A DNA stretch of 64,000 nt from Lama glama (taxonomy: Eukaryota). The stretch covers positions 44,394,001-44,458,000 of the forward strand of contig CM052818.1 of NCBI GenBank assembly GCA_028534125.1. Direction: 5' to 3'. Of the stretch, positions 24,679 to 37,639 are shown piece by piece. The first letter of the stretch is position 1. Every line of letters starts with the position of its first letter. A model generated the notes under the pieces. It ran no database searches. It saw only the letters and a program-made list of their open reading frames with translations, and was not told where the DNA came from. The position numbers and the translations under genes were made by a program.

Positions 24679-24759
24679 GTGACACATTGTTATTTATTTC
24701 CTAATCTTCAGACTGAACTCATTCAAGGGCCAGAGGTGAACTCAAGCATATAAATGAGA

Positions 24760-24960
24760 AAAAAAGCACGGCATCCTGATGAGAGTCCTGAATTAGGAGT
24801 TAATAGAGATATGTTTTCTGCTAATTGATTGGCTCTATGATGTATCTGCTGTCATTTTTTTTAATTTATGAAATGGGAGTAAAATTAATAACCCCCTCAT
24901 CAGAGATCAAATGTGATGATGAAATACGAAGCACTTTGAAATGTTAGTTATTAATGATAA
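24760..24960 (+). mobile_element. MIR fragment
   Basis: gagagtcctgaattaggagt...tttatgaaatgggagtaaaattaata...gagatcaaatgtgatgat...gaagcactttg. Confidence 0.6.
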
Positions 24961-26334
24961 TATTAATTACCACGAAATGCTTGCCTCACACTTTCAACGG
25001 ACAAAGTCTGGAAGGCAGCAAACTTGGATGTCTATCTGGATCAATATCACGATGCCCTGCATGGGTGATCAGGTGGCATCTCTCTTGCTCTTACCCCTCT
25101 CTAAAGCCCAAACTTCAGCTATTCCCATAGACAATGAAGTCTGGCAGCAGTAAAGCCTATCTTAAAGCTACCATGTGAGCAGAAGCAAACGTCAAGTCCT
25201 CCTTTACCAGTGATATGGCTTCTGTTCTCCCAATGACATTGTGACCAACTCCATCGACATTTGAGAAAGGTGGTCTGCAACTCAAAGACCCTATAAAATG
25301 TAATCAAAGTCATATACGTGGAAAGAGAGACCATCATTATTAGTAAAATAATCTCCTTTTTTTTTTTTAAGTGAGGAGGGAACTTCTCCTTGCTCCACCG
25401 TCTGGGATGAGTTTTTGAAGTAGAAATAATCATTTAACTTTGTCTTTTGAGGTCAGTGAGATAGAGATCTGAGTAGGGCATTTTTGTAGTTTTAATGCTC
25501 TTGGAAAGAAAAGAATAGAACTAACCAGCTGCCTTGCCCTGGGCTCTTTTCCCATACATTGTCTCTCACTTAGCCTTCCCCCCAAATCCTGCAGCATAGA
25601 AATTATCTCTACATGGGAACAGCTATGGGGGTTGCCAACAACTTGGGAAATAGAGACATAAAGTTAATAGCAGGGTTAATAATAGCACCACAGACACCAG
25701 ATCAGAGCTGGGATGTTGAAAGTTAACTGGAAAAAAATACACTATTAATAACTAGAGACATTAATATAATTGAAGTTAAGTAGGGGGCACTTGGTAATTC
25801 CTGGAAGTGGAGGGAGGGAGAGTCACAGAGTAGTGCCCATGCCAGAAGGGACCAAGGGGGAGGGATTCCAGGTCCAAGGTTCGATATGTCCAGTCTCTGT
25901 GACAAATTTAGCTCTATTATGAAAATGGATGGAAGAGGCCACTAGAGCCCAAGGCCACTGGACACTTATACTGCATAATCACCTTATCATACTCTGACAG
26001 CATCTGCATCAAGTAACCTTCCAATTATAATTTACTTTCCCATGTAACTTTCCCACAAGAAGAGAAAATGCCATTTGGGTCACTGCAAGTATTTTGGCCA
26101 TTATGCTAGGTATGACTCCTGTTCTAATTTAATACATTGACATTATGGTTTTTATATCAACCTTTATGAATTTGGCTAATGTGAGTCTGCCTCAAGAAAT
26201 GGAGCACTATCTTGACGAACCAATCTAGTAACAAGTTGCCTCAACTCTCTTACCCCGTAAAACATCTTAGCGGACTGACAATGAATTCTGTTTAGTCTTT
26301 CTGTCCAATTCTATTTGAAATTTCAACACTATCA

Positions 26335-26485
26335 CCTATTTACCTTCCTTGAGCCTGAGTTTCCTTTTCTGCAAAACAGGGAATGCTTGCCAGAAATTAA
26401 ATAAGACAATGTAAATAAAGTAGATAGCAAGGTCATCAAGATAGGAACTCAATTGTAGGAACCCAATTAGTGTTAGTTCCCTTTT
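26335..26485 (+). mobile_element. MIR fragment
   Basis: ccttgagcctgagtttccttttctgcaaaacaggg...attaaataagacaatgtaaataaagt. Confidence 0.7.
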
Positions 26486-27609
26486 CTTCTGGCCCCCATG
26501 AGGGCATTTTCCTGGAGGCTGAAGCTAGGGAACACTCCATCTAAGGACTCTGGTTCCTCTAAGTCAAAAGTGCTCCACTTCCTAAGGAATGCTTCCTCAT
26601 TCAACCAAGTTTCCAATTGTCAGAACGTCTCCCCTACCTGGAGTTCCCCAAAACAGAAATATAGGAAATGTTAGGGAACACTTAATGACCAGCAGACTTT
26701 ATCAGTTTAACAAACGTGCAAGAGTCGGAAGTGATGTGGGTCCTGATACAGGGAAGCTGCCCCAAAAGCTGAATCACAATAATTACATGGACGCCAAGGG
26801 GATTGCCAGTGAGTTTTCTGGGTCTGGCAGAAATCCCCATCACTGACAGAAATCCACCAACTCCAGGAAGAGGACTTCATACAGTGGTCATGCTGAAGGC
26901 ATTTGGTCTGGGGACCGTGGTAGCTGGGAATACCACGGGTTCAAATGCATTATTGCTGCTCTGAACAAACTGGGAGGTAATGACAGAGACCTACTGAAAA
27001 GCAAGGAAAATCTCCAAGGCCACTTCCTCCCAGGATATATGCTTTGACATCCAAGTTGGCCAGGTTGTCAGCATAGCAATCCTTGAAGCATGCTGTCTGT
27101 GACACGGATGAACTCCTCCTTCACTTCTTGAATGTTTCAAGATGTCTCTTTATAGCAACAAACTAAGATTAATGGGCGGGGGGAGACCCAGAGCCAAATC
27201 TTACCCCAACAGGAACTGTGCAGCGGAACACGAAGCAGCCCAGAGAGTTTGGCTGGGAGGACTGCCGAGATGGCTGTCAGAGCAGCAGTGGAAAGAATCC
27301 GCTTCCCCTGGCAGGGATTGCTCCCCTCTCACCTCCTGGAGAAAGAGATGCATTTCCTAGAATAGAGGCAAAATCTCCCTCGATCCAAGGTCACAGACAC
27401 CTCCGTCCAACTTTGTTTCCGTTCACACACAAGGAAATAAGGACACTGACGCGGTCTGACTAAAGATGAAATGGAAGTGGTCCAAGTGTCAGTTTGGGGC
27501 CAAGAAAGCTCTTTCCAAATCTGGTCTCAGAGTTTCGGGTTTCTCCAATGATTTAGTCCATGTTCTCAATGAAAAGAGGCCTGGACGTGGGAGGGGTGGA
27601 GAATTAGAG

Positions 27610-27880
27610 ATGGAGTAGCGGGAGTGCAAGATAACATTCAAGACCTCAAGTTGTGGAGTCAGACAACACAGGCTTCAGATCCCAGCTGTGCACTGCTAAT
27701 GACTGTGTGATCTTAGGCAAGTAACTTAACCTCTCTGAGCCCCAGTCTCCTGCAAAGGGAAGCCTGATACTCTCTTTCTCACAGAGTTGTTGTGGAAATT
27801 AAATGAGATAACATATGCAAAGGTGCATAACACAGCCTTGATACATGGTAGACGCAAGCCAAATGTTAGTTTCCTTCCTT
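27610..27880 (+). mobile_element. Near full-length MIR
   Basis: tggagtcagacaacacaggcttcagatcccagctg...tgtgtgatcttaggcaagtaacttaacctctctgagccccagt...gagttgttgtggaaattaaatgagataacatatgcaaag...aaatgttagtt. Confidence 0.9.
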
Positions 27881-28589
27881 TCCAAATTACCTTTTTAGAA
27901 TTTCTGAATGCATTCACGCCGAAAAGCACTGCTGAGACGGGTGTCTTCAATTATACTTTATAGAGAATATGAAACATATGGGAGGAAGATATTGATCCCA
28001 AGCTGCCAAAATTATTTTTGTGGAAGGAAAATTCAGAATCACTCCAGATCCACACTGCACTCTTAGCTGCAGGTGTGCCTACTGCGGCTTTGACACTATT
28101 AACTTGAATATATTCATTATGACATAAATAGAATTTGGGGAGCAACTTCATTCAGGTTGGAGCTGTGAGTGGCACCATCTTTTGCAGAATCACTCCACTG
28201 GGTATGTATCAACACAGTGGAAAATGTCAGACTGAGGAGAGGAAGTTTTCTCTCTGGGATCCGAACACCTGGTGTGAGAAAATCGAACGGAAAGGTGATG
28301 GCAGAGAAGGAGAATAATTCTTACTCTTTCTATGTAATATATTCAAGCAAGTGTGCAAAGCAATAGATCTTCCTGTTAGTGTTTTTATTTGATACATGTT
28401 TAATGGTCTTTCACAATAATCCGTGGGGCATATCTGCATTGAAATGGTAAGTTTCTCAGACATGCACAGGTAAAAGAGCATTATGAACCTCGTAAGATAG
28501 TGCACTTCCACCTGCTGAGAGGCAGGTGGCTAGTGGGGACTGTGAAACCGCAGTGAGATCAGAGGGAGAAAATTAGCAAAGACTGATTT

Positions 28590-28790
28590 TCTACTGTGTC
28601 CCTGGCAAAGTGTTTGGCACTTAGAGACATTTTATCACTTGAACTTCACAGCAGCTTTATGAGGTCAGAGCTACCCCAGCTCATTTTAGAGATAAGGAAA
28701 TTGAGTCCAAGGAGATTAACTAAGACTCAGATCAGAGCCCAGATCTGTCTAATTCCGAAGCCTAGCTTTTCCACTGTCCCACGCTGCCTG
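28590..28790 (-). mobile_element. MIR fragment
   Basis: ctcattttagagataaggaaattgagtccaaggagattaactaa...cccagatctgtctaattccgaagcc. Confidence 0.75.
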
Positions 28791-28959
28791 CCCAAGGATC
28801 TCAGACGGGCTCTAATTCACCCTCTCTCCCTTGCTTTGTGGCTGAAGAGTCCTCAGCCCAGGGAGGTGAGGCACATTGCTTCAGGTCAAACAGTGAACTC
28901 ATCTTGAAGGCTGAAGCAGACCACTCCTCGGATGCCGGCACAGTTCACTCTCCTCCATG

Positions 28960-29680
28960 TCTCCCAAGTTAGAGACCCCTGGACGCAAGCATCACAAACC
29001 TGCTTTTCCCCAGAGATCCCAGCTCAGTAAACGAAAGCCCCATTTACCCACCTGCTTCAGACAACCCGGAGTCCTCCTGGATGCCTCCCTTTCTGTCACG
29101 TCCGCCATCTGATGCCCCCCCACATCCCCACCCCACCCCACCTCTCTGCTGCCACCCTGCTTCATCCGAGCTCCTAGCCACAGCGCTTGCCTGGCTGTTG
29201 TCGCCTCTTAATTGGTCCCTTTGCCTCTGTCCTTCCCTCCCCGCATTCTGTCCTCTGCACAGCGGCTCCAAGAGCATTCCTTTCTCTCTCTCACTCAATC
29301 CTTCATCTCACAAATTCTTGTGAGCGCTTACTGTGTGCCAGGCACTGTTTCAAGTGGGAATTCAGCAGTGGTAAAATAGGCTAGAATCCCTGACCTCATG
29401 AACCTTACATTTTAGTAGAGGAAACAGACAAGTAATAAGATAAATATGTAAAATGTAGAGTAAGTTACATTGTGACAAGTTCCAGGGAGAAAAATAAAGC
29501 AGGGAAAGGGGCTGAGAGTTTGGATAGAATGTGTGGGGAGGCTTCTCTAAGAAGGTGGCCTGGCCGAGGTCACCTGGAGGAAGAGAGGAGTGAACTCTGT
29601 GTGCGTCTAGGAGAAGGATGCTCTGAGCTGAAGGAACACGGTACATAGTCCTAAGACAGGTAAGAGGAGATGCCTTTGCA
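28960..29680. mobile_element. LINE-2 fragments (+ about 28960-29290; L2a-like 3' end on - 29290-29680)
   Basis: gagcgcttactgtgtgccaggcactgtt...ccctgacctcatgaaccttacattttagtagaggaaacagacaa...gagaaaaataaagcaggg. Confidence 0.8.
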
Positions 29681-29699
29681 GGGAGCCCTCAGGGCCACA

Positions 29700-30270
29700 G
29701 TTACCATTTGCTAAGCCCCACACGCAGCCAAATATTCTAGTGCTTTGCATTTATTGACTTCTTATTCTTATTAATCAACAACCCTCAAAATATCCTCAAT
29801 TTTTAAATGAGGAAATTGAAAAGTTCAGCGGCATGTCCAATTTCACTGTGCTCCGGCTGCCTCTCTGCTGATCCAGATTTGCGCTGGGCTACTAAGTCAG
29901 GACGTGTCTTCAGTGAAACTTTCTTAGCTACAAGGTCAACTACGGGTTGAATTATGGCCTCAGTTCTGAATTATAAAGAGCTGCTCAGAACAAGCCATGA
30001 GCTCAGACCCAAAGCTCAGCCTGGACCACAACCGAGGTTGGGTTCCACTCTCTGATGAAACAGATTTCCAGGGACCTCAGATTCTTCATATGAAATCAGA
30101 CTGGATGTCACCAACTGGTCCCTGGGTCAGAGGAGCCCTCAGAGACCATGCAATCCAACATCTGTATTTATAGCAGGTGAGACAGTCCCAAAGAGGGCCA
30201 TGACCAGTCCCCTCAGTCACTTGGAGGTCAAAGGCAGAGCCAGGACTCCCAGCCAATGCTCTTCCCAGAA
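29700..30270 (-). mobile_element. Two MIR fragments (about 29700-29850 and 30125-30270)
   Basis: caatttttaaatgaggaaattgaaaagttcag; tatttatagcaggtgagacagtcccaaagaggg...ggcagagccaggactcccag. Confidence 0.6.
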
Positions 30271-30427
30271 GAATACCTCCGTCCATAGAGTGTGTGAATT
30301 ATTCTGCCTTGGCTTTGAGGCATTAAAATGCAGGGAAGTGAATAAAAGCTTGGGTAGGGGTTCCAGCTGACTCCTGAAGGAACCTTCCCCACCCTGGCGT
30401 GATGATCTGACTCTCCTCACACCAAGG

Positions 30428-30928
30428 AGTGGGCAGAATGGTGACTCCCAAAATAACATGTTCACGCCCTGATTCCTGGACCACAAAATAACACTTTCCA
30501 GGCAAAAGAGTGACTATCACTTTACATGGCAAATCAAGTGATTAAATTTATGATACTGAGAGGAGGAGCTTATCCTGGATTGTCCTGGTGGGTCATTCAT
30601 GCAGTCACACATCTCCTTCTAAGAGAGAAACAGAGGGAATTCCAAGACAGAAGAGGGGAGGCCCCGTGATGGTGGAGGCACAGATCGGAGTGATGGGGCC
30701 ATGAGCCAAGGAATGCTGGGCCACCAAGAGCTGGAAGACAGAAGGGATGGATTCTCCCCTAGAACTTCCAGATGAAGCTCAGTCCTGTCCACACCTTGCC
30801 TTCAGTTTCAGCCCCATGAAACTGATTTCAGACTTGGAGACTCCAGAGTGTGAGAGAACACATTTCTGCTGTTTTAAGGCACCAAGTTTGCAGCGACATG
30901 TCACAGCTGCCCAAGGAAACCAGCCATC
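30428..30928 (+). mobile_element. MLT1C/D-like solo MaLR LTR
   Basis: tgggcagaatggtgactcccaaaa...ttacatggcaaa...ttatcctggatt...agccaaggaatgc...gattctcccctagaac...atttctgctgttttaaggcaccaagtttg. Confidence 0.9.
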
Positions 30929-32959
30929 CCTGAACTGCTGGCTTCTCGCTGTCATCAGGGGCTCCTGCCTGCCTACCTGTGCCCTCGGCCTGTTGGCCTC
31001 AGAACCCACACCCCACATGCCTCTTCTTTCCTGCCCTCTCAGCTCTCCCCTCAGCTCAGACCCCTCTCCAGCTCCCACTCTCTTCTCTCCTCCTTTCTAC
31101 TCATCCCTCTCAGCTCTTCCAGTCCCTAGAAGCTCCATTCCCATAAGCTCCGCCTGAGGGCGCCCCCAACCCTGCCTACCAGAGACAACGTGGCTGAAGC
31201 CTCTTCCAGCAGCGCCACAAATCTTCATTAGGAACGTAATGGTCACTAATGCGCTGGAACCAGGCGGCTCTGCTAGCCCGCCCTGACAGTGGCAGTGATG
31301 GATGGCAGCCCGGCTGCCCTCCCCACCTGCCATCACCTTGTGCTGAGGTTTCTGAATGAAAGAAAGTGTGAGGGAATTGCTGGTGAGAAGAATCCGGGCT
31401 TGGTCAGCATGGGGTCTGGAGCCCCCTGTTTTAGAGACAGCCGAGCTCTTTCTAGGTACTAGGGGGAGCTCCCCCACATCAGCCAAGCCCCTCTGTCCAC
31501 GCAAATTAGGACAGAGGGACCCGGGCAAGCCTGCCAAGGAAACAGAGGACACCCAGCTAATCCTGAATCTCAGATAAACAACAAACAAGTATGTTCCATG
31601 CAATGTGTGGCACACAGTGATACTAGAAATGTATTCATTTTTTTATCTGAATTCACATGTTTGACTGGGTGTCCTGCATTTTTACTTGCTAAATCTAGCA
31701 ACCCTGGACCTGGGCATCCAATGGGTAGCTCCAGACAGTGCCCTCTGCCTGTGACATCACAGCCTACCTGCCCAGGCCACTGAGAGCTGCCTTAGGACAG
31801 AAGCCAAGTTCTCTGTGGCATCTGAGTCCTTGCCAGAATTCTAGGAACCTCAGGCAAGCATGCTCATGCACGGAAACTCAGGCCGAGCAAAAGAACTGAT
31901 TTGCTGAAGTTGCAGCCATGGGAACCAAGAGACGTAGAAGATGGCTCGGAAAAGCTGCGTGAGGTTCCAGTAATGTACTCAATCCAGCCCACACGCACTC
32001 CGCCAGGCGCTCACTGCCACTGCAGAGCTGAGAAAAGCACAGCCTGTGTCCTGAGGGAGGCAACGAGGATGCTACGGAATTTTCCACCCTAATTAGCCTG
32101 GACTCACCCCCAGTCCCTGAATCGTCTTCTCTGCACCTCCTCCCAAGCATCCCTCACCTGCAGCGCATCACCCCTACCCCACGCCGAGCAGCACTTCCGC
32201 TACTTTGCTGCTCTCTGCATCCTGCCCTCATTACTATCTCCACTTTGGACCAGTGCCCTCTATAAACTTGCTCTGTTTCAGGCCATGTGCCTCCCCACAG
32301 CCACCTTTCTGGCTATGAGACATCGCAGTCCTGACGGAGCAGCTCTTCTTACTGCCGTTGACTGCCACCCCTTTGCCTGCCTCATTCAGACCAAACTCAT
32401 CGGCATGGCACTTGGAAAGCTCCGAGGTCGGCTCCTGCCTCATCTCCAGCCAGCCCACATGAAACACCCAGTGCTGCAGGCAGGTGGGATGACAAGCTGT
32501 TTCTAGAAGTCTGGATTCCTTCCTCCTGCTCATCTTGGGAATCTGGGACTCAGAAAACTGAGACAGGAAAAGCTTTGGCTACACCGTCATTAACCAAGTC
32601 AGCTCGGCATGCCTTGGGGGTGTCTGTGACCCATCAGGGGATGCTTCCCCACCTCCTCGCCAACAACTAAGATTCTGTGGCTTCGGCCCTACCTGGATGG
32701 GTCAGTGTCAGGCAGGGTAGGGCCCCCAGCACAGCACGGGGCTGAATTTCAAAGCTGGAGACTTCAACTTCTCCACTCTGCAGGGGTCGTGGTGGGCCTT
32801 ACCAGAGACGTCTGTCTACAAAGGAGGATCAGCGAGAGGAATCCTCATTCTGCTCCTTAAGGCTATGGCTGTACATCTCTCCTCACTCTGAGATGATGTT
32901 AAATCTCTGCCAACCCCAATTCTTCTCAGGGTTCGCCTCAACCATTCCTCTCGGACAAT

Positions 32960-33340
32960 ACCAAGGTAAGCCAACTGCTCTAAGTCACAAACCCCAAATC
33001 TCTGACTTAACCCAGCAAGGGTTTATTTGCTGCTCATTTCAGTCTGGGGCGCTCTGCCCCACGCAGTCATTCAGGGACCCAGACTCCTTTCATGTTGTGG
33101 CTCTAACCTTCCCTAGGTCCTTGGAATTCTTTCTACTGAAAAGGTAAATGAGGTGAGGATTGTAAGTGTTGAGCTCTATTTCAGAGTCTGGTTCTCAGGA
33201 CCCCAAACTGCATATACACACATCAGTTCTGCTCACACTGCATCAGCGCAAACTCAGGCCGATGAGAAAGGAGCCTGGACAGCGCGGTCTTGTGGTGCTC
33301 ACAGGTACCCAGGAGAGGGCAGGGCCAATCAGCCCCAGCA
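32960..33340 (-). mobile_element. Old MLT1 (K/L-like) LTR
   Basis: aaaccccaaatctctgacttaacccagcaagggtttatttgctgctca...cacgcagtcattcagggacccagactcctttcatgttgtggctct...ttctgctcaca. Confidence 0.7.
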
Positions 33341-33439
33341 GCATCTCCACAAGGAACTGCCCTCCTCTCTTGTGCCCAGCATGGAGCACTGCTTTGGTGG
33401 TGGGAACCTTTGAAAGTAGAGAGGAAGGATGTATTTGAA

Positions 33440-33660
33440 CCTGAGAGCATGATTCCAGAGTACTGGACTTAGAATCAGGGCATTCCCTTTCACTTTTTAG
33501 GACCAATACAATGTTATTTCTCTTCCCACTTCTACAAACTCTATTCCCAAATCTATAAAATGTGGCCAAAAATATTAGATTCTATAGAGTGGCTGCGAAG
33601 ATTAACAAGAAAACCTATGCAAAATCAACTACCCCAGGACCTGGTATGGATGGAAAAACT
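33440..33660 (+). mobile_element. MIR fragment
   Basis: agagtactggacttagaatcagg...aatctataaaatg...gaagattaa...tatgcaaaa. Confidence 0.55.
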
Positions 33661-34349
33661 CCTCTCTGGGTGCTAACGTGGGTCCAAGTCTGTCTTCTGG
33701 CGTCTACTTGATCCGCATAAAAACACTGACCTCTTTGACTATAAACCTGTGGGCTGGGACACTCAGACATCACATCCTATCAAGAGCTGACCAAACAGAA
33801 ATGAATTAGTGAGCTGGAGAATTCGATATCATCCCTGTTTTACTTTCTCTCTAACAAAACTTTGAAAATGTTTTCCTTTGGTATTAAACCACTTGATCTT
33901 GACTTAGTATTCCATGGCCTCAGCCGCCCTGGAGCTGTGCGGTTTGCACACGTTGGACCGGGATCTGACACTGGGATCTGGCATTCAGTTGAGGAGAGCC
34001 TTTGAAGGCTGAATGAGACTTGGCTGCTTGATTTGAAGGTTCTTCCAGGCTTCAGGCGTCCCACTAAAGGAGGCACAGCTCTTGTGGGAAGAGGTTAGCT
34101 GGGCAGAACAGACTGGCAGGAGTTTGAGACAGCTTCCTCCTTGCCTCATGATTTGAAACCAAACCAGCATAAACCTACAGTATAATCAGAGCTTTGAGAG
34201 GCTCTCAGAACCGAATCCAGTCTCTACAATACCCAGGAAGGAATGGTGGGATGTCAGTGGGGTCAATGTCAGCTCTACCTAATACTCAGCTGAGGCCCCG
34301 AGCCCAATGTGGGACACAGGACAGGAGTCAGCGGGACTGACATGACTGT

Positions 34350-34600
34350 ATACAGAGCAGCGAAGACCATGGGTTCTGCAGCAAGGGCATTTAAATTCGT
34401 GTTTGCTACTTCTCAGCTGAGTGACCGTGAGCGAGCCGGTTACCTAACCCCTCTGACTGAGTAGCCCCATCTCAAAAATGGAGAGCAGAAGAGGACCTCC
34501 ATCATCATGCTAATGTGAAGATTAAGCGAAAGAAATTCAGGAAGCTCTTAAAAGTAGCTGGCATTCGGCAGTTACACAGTGAAGTTCATCACTGTTGCCG
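34350..34600 (+). mobile_element. MIR
   Basis: ttgctacttctcagctgagtgaccgtgagcgag...cctaacccctctgactgagt...catctcaaaaatggag...gtgaagattaagcga. Confidence 0.75.
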
Positions 34601-35169
34601 TTAGTAGCAGTAGTAGCAGTAGACATATTATTATCACAAAAGGTATCTTCACTTGGTTACTGACGTGCTCACTGGTGACTTAGGTCCCGAGTCTGTGCAA
34701 GACCCTGGAGAGACATCATTCCTACCCTGGAGCTGCCACAGTCTGCTCCGGGAACAATGAAAGCAAAGAAGATGCTGTTTGGATCCAAGCAGCTGGAGGT
34801 GATGGGACAGCACGGATGGGAGCCCCCTGACCTAACCTGTGGGCACGATGCTGCCACACGTTTTTAGTCCACAAAGGACTGGGATGGCTGATGGAGGAAA
34901 CACAGAAGCCCCGGGGTCCCTGTGTGAAAGGAGAGGAGGCTGGAGACAGGAGGTGGAGTTTGAATGGGCTGTGTGATGAGGAGTCCCAGTGATGCTCAGA
35001 ACCACGGACACAGATCGTGGGGGTCCCCGCTCCTGCCCCCACGCACCCACCCACCCTCTGACGGTAGAACAAGAATTCTAGAGTCTCAAGACTGGGAGGG
35101 ACCTTCAAGGAGGAAGTGTGATGTCCTAGGTGGGTTCTAAAGAAACATCATTTCATTTCTGAAACCAAG

Positions 35170-35370
35170 CTCAGTCTCATCCTCTATCACGTGAGGATAC
35201 AGTGAGAAGGCAGCTGTCTGCAAGCCAAGGAAAGAGCTTTCACCAAAAACCAACCTTGCTGGCACCTTGGTCTTGGACTTCCCAGCTCCTAAAACTGTGA
35301 GATAATAAATTTCTACTGTCTAAGGCACCCCATTGTGGTATTTTGTTACAGCACCTGAGCCACTACGACG
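35170..35370 (+). mobile_element. MLT1A-like LTR, 3' half
   Basis: cacgtgaggatacagtgagaaggcagctgtctgcaagccaagg...gctggcaccttggtcttggacttcccagc...aactgtgagataataaatttct...tggtattttgttacagca. Confidence 0.88.
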
Positions 35371-35449
35371 GTTCAGATACAAAGGACATTACTTGGTTCA
35401 TGTTCACAAACGCTTGGAAAGTGCTGACCAGGTCAACCCATCGCCCGAC

Positions 35450-35630
35450 CATCCTTGACTCTCCTGTCCAGCAGGCATCCCCGCGGATGTCCATCCACCT
35501 CTGAGCCAACGTGAGAGGGCCAGCTCACTCCTTTCCTGGGCGGCCCCGTCTGTCACTGAGTCTCTCAGGCTATTAAAAACAATTCTTCCTTTGAGCCGAA
35601 ATCTGTCTCCTTGGAATTTCCACTCACTAA
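35450..35630 (-). mobile_element. L3/CR1 LINE fragment
   Basis: cagctcactcctttcctgggcggccccgtctgtcactgag...ttcttcctttgagccgaaatctgtctccttggaatttccac resembles antisense CR1/L3 3' ORF. Confidence 0.7.
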
Positions 35631-36469
35631 AACAGCACCACACATTCTGAAGCAAACTTCTTTCCCATTCATTTATTTTTATGTTTTATTTGGATTCTCT
35701 GAAGGCCCTTCTCTGAGCAGAGCTCCAGCCTGGCTGCTGGTGGAGTGGAGACAGAAACAGGCCCAGGGCACAGCTCCTGCCACCAACAAAACTTGGGGTC
35801 TCATGGTGAAAACACACGAACGCACGAACAGCATGTTTGAGAAAGAGCCATGAAGATGGCCCAAGGGCCTCAGGGGCTGTGGGCCGAGAGAACAAAGCAG
35901 AATTCTGTTTCAGATGGAGGTTCAGTGGCTGGACGGGCAAGGGGGACTAACAGGAGGGTGGTCTGCTTGGATGGGGTCAGAGCTCAGCACTGAGGAAGGG
36001 ACCACTGCATGACCAATGGTAGCAAGTAGCCCTGTATCTGGAGAAAAGTGAGAGGATTCCAGGAAGACATCCTTCCCAAAGAATCAGAAAAGGAAAAGTT
36101 AGGAAAAAGCAGACAACTAACAACCAACAATATAGGCTATTTCTGAGTTTATTTAATTAAATTCACATAAGTCAGGTGACTGTCAATGGTCCACAAGGCC
36201 CTGGCAATACAGGGGAAAAAAGCAGAATTCACTGGTCGCCTTTGACCAAGAAGCCACACGAAGCAGTAACTGTGGTCAGGAACAGAGTCATGACCCAATA
36301 CGGCAGCTCTTGTGAGAGCCACACAGCTGGACGGGGAATGCTGGACAGACAAACACAGGAGTGTTAGCTGAGGGGTTAAAACTTTGGAGAGAAGTGGGAG
36401 TCAGGGCATAAAGGAGTCAAATGTTTAATAGACTATACAGGGGGAGAGAGGAGGTTGAGTGGAGTGATT

Positions 36470-36750
36470 CAAACACCACAGGCTTTGACCTTGGACCTGA
36501 GTTTGATTCGCCATCTAGTCGCTGTGTGACCTTGGGTAAGTGCCAACCTCTCTGATGCTCAATTTTCTTAAACATTAACAAGGAAAAAAATAGTACCTAA
36601 CTTTAACCTTTCTGATCCTCTATTTTCTTACCTGTTAATAGAAAAAAAAAATACATATAGTACCTAACTTGGAGGATGCTAATGAGAATTAAAAGAGAAA
36701 ATATGTAAGGCATTTGGCACATGACTGGGCTCATCTAAACAGCAGTTACT
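36470..36750 (+). mobile_element. MIR with an internal tandem duplication of about 60 bp
   Basis: gctgtgtgaccttgggtaagtgccaacctctctga; core duplicated at 36545-36603 and 36605-36670. Confidence 0.85.
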
Positions 36751-36999
36751 ACTCTTGCTCCTCGAGGTGACACCTGAAGACTCAAGTAAGACCAGTGACT
36801 AGAAGATATAGGAGAAAGCTTTCTGTTTCATGAGCATTAGTCAACTGGAATGGCTCAAAAACAGAAGAGGGCACCTTCTATAGAGTGAACAGCCACTTGG
36901 AAAGAGGTAGAATGGTGTAGGGGCAAAAACATCAGAATTAGTTCAGAGGCTCTTGCTCCCATTTCCTAGATAGATCACCCAAAGAAGGCTTCATCATTC

Positions 37000-37200
37000 T
37001 CCTCTCTAGCTGCTACCTCCCTCTCCACCTCCAAGGCAACCAACATCCAGACTTCTCTCACCATAACTTAGCCTTGCCTGTTCTTTAACTCGACCTAAAT
37101 GGAGTCACACAGGATGTAATCTTTTGAGTTTGGTATTTTTATTCAGCATTTAGTTTGTGGGATGTTATTATATGGAGGTGTAGTTGATTCTCAATACGTT
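37000..37200 (-). mobile_element. Ancient L1 3'UTR fragment
   Basis: ccaaggcaaccaacatccagacttct...gccttgcctgttctttaact...aaatggagtcacacaggatgtaatcttttgagtttgg. Confidence 0.7.
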
Positions 37201-37639
37201 TTTGTTACTATTTTTTCAGTTCAGTTTGAGTTGTCACCTTGAAACAAAATGGCTGTCAGAAAAAACTTCCAAATGGCTAAACTCCTATGATTGCACCAAA
37301 TGATGGCTGCAGTCCCAAAAACCACTAGTTTGGTATTCTGAATCACAAGATGATTCACTAAGTTGCCCTAGAGCATATACATAAAATGTGCACATCCTTT
37401 ATAACAAATGAAATAAACTGAGCAGTGGGAGCCAACAGCTTAAATAAAAGCAGGCATATATCAAAACCTTAGGGAAGAAAGATTCAATTAGAAGAAGGAG
37501 AGAATTCACATTGCCTATGCATATAGGTGAAGAAAGAACAGAAACTTTCTCTAGAGTCACCAATGGAGTTGTTAGAAATGCGCAGGCATGAAACACCGTG
37601 GAAGGAATGTAAGTACTGACACCACATAGCACTGGTAGG

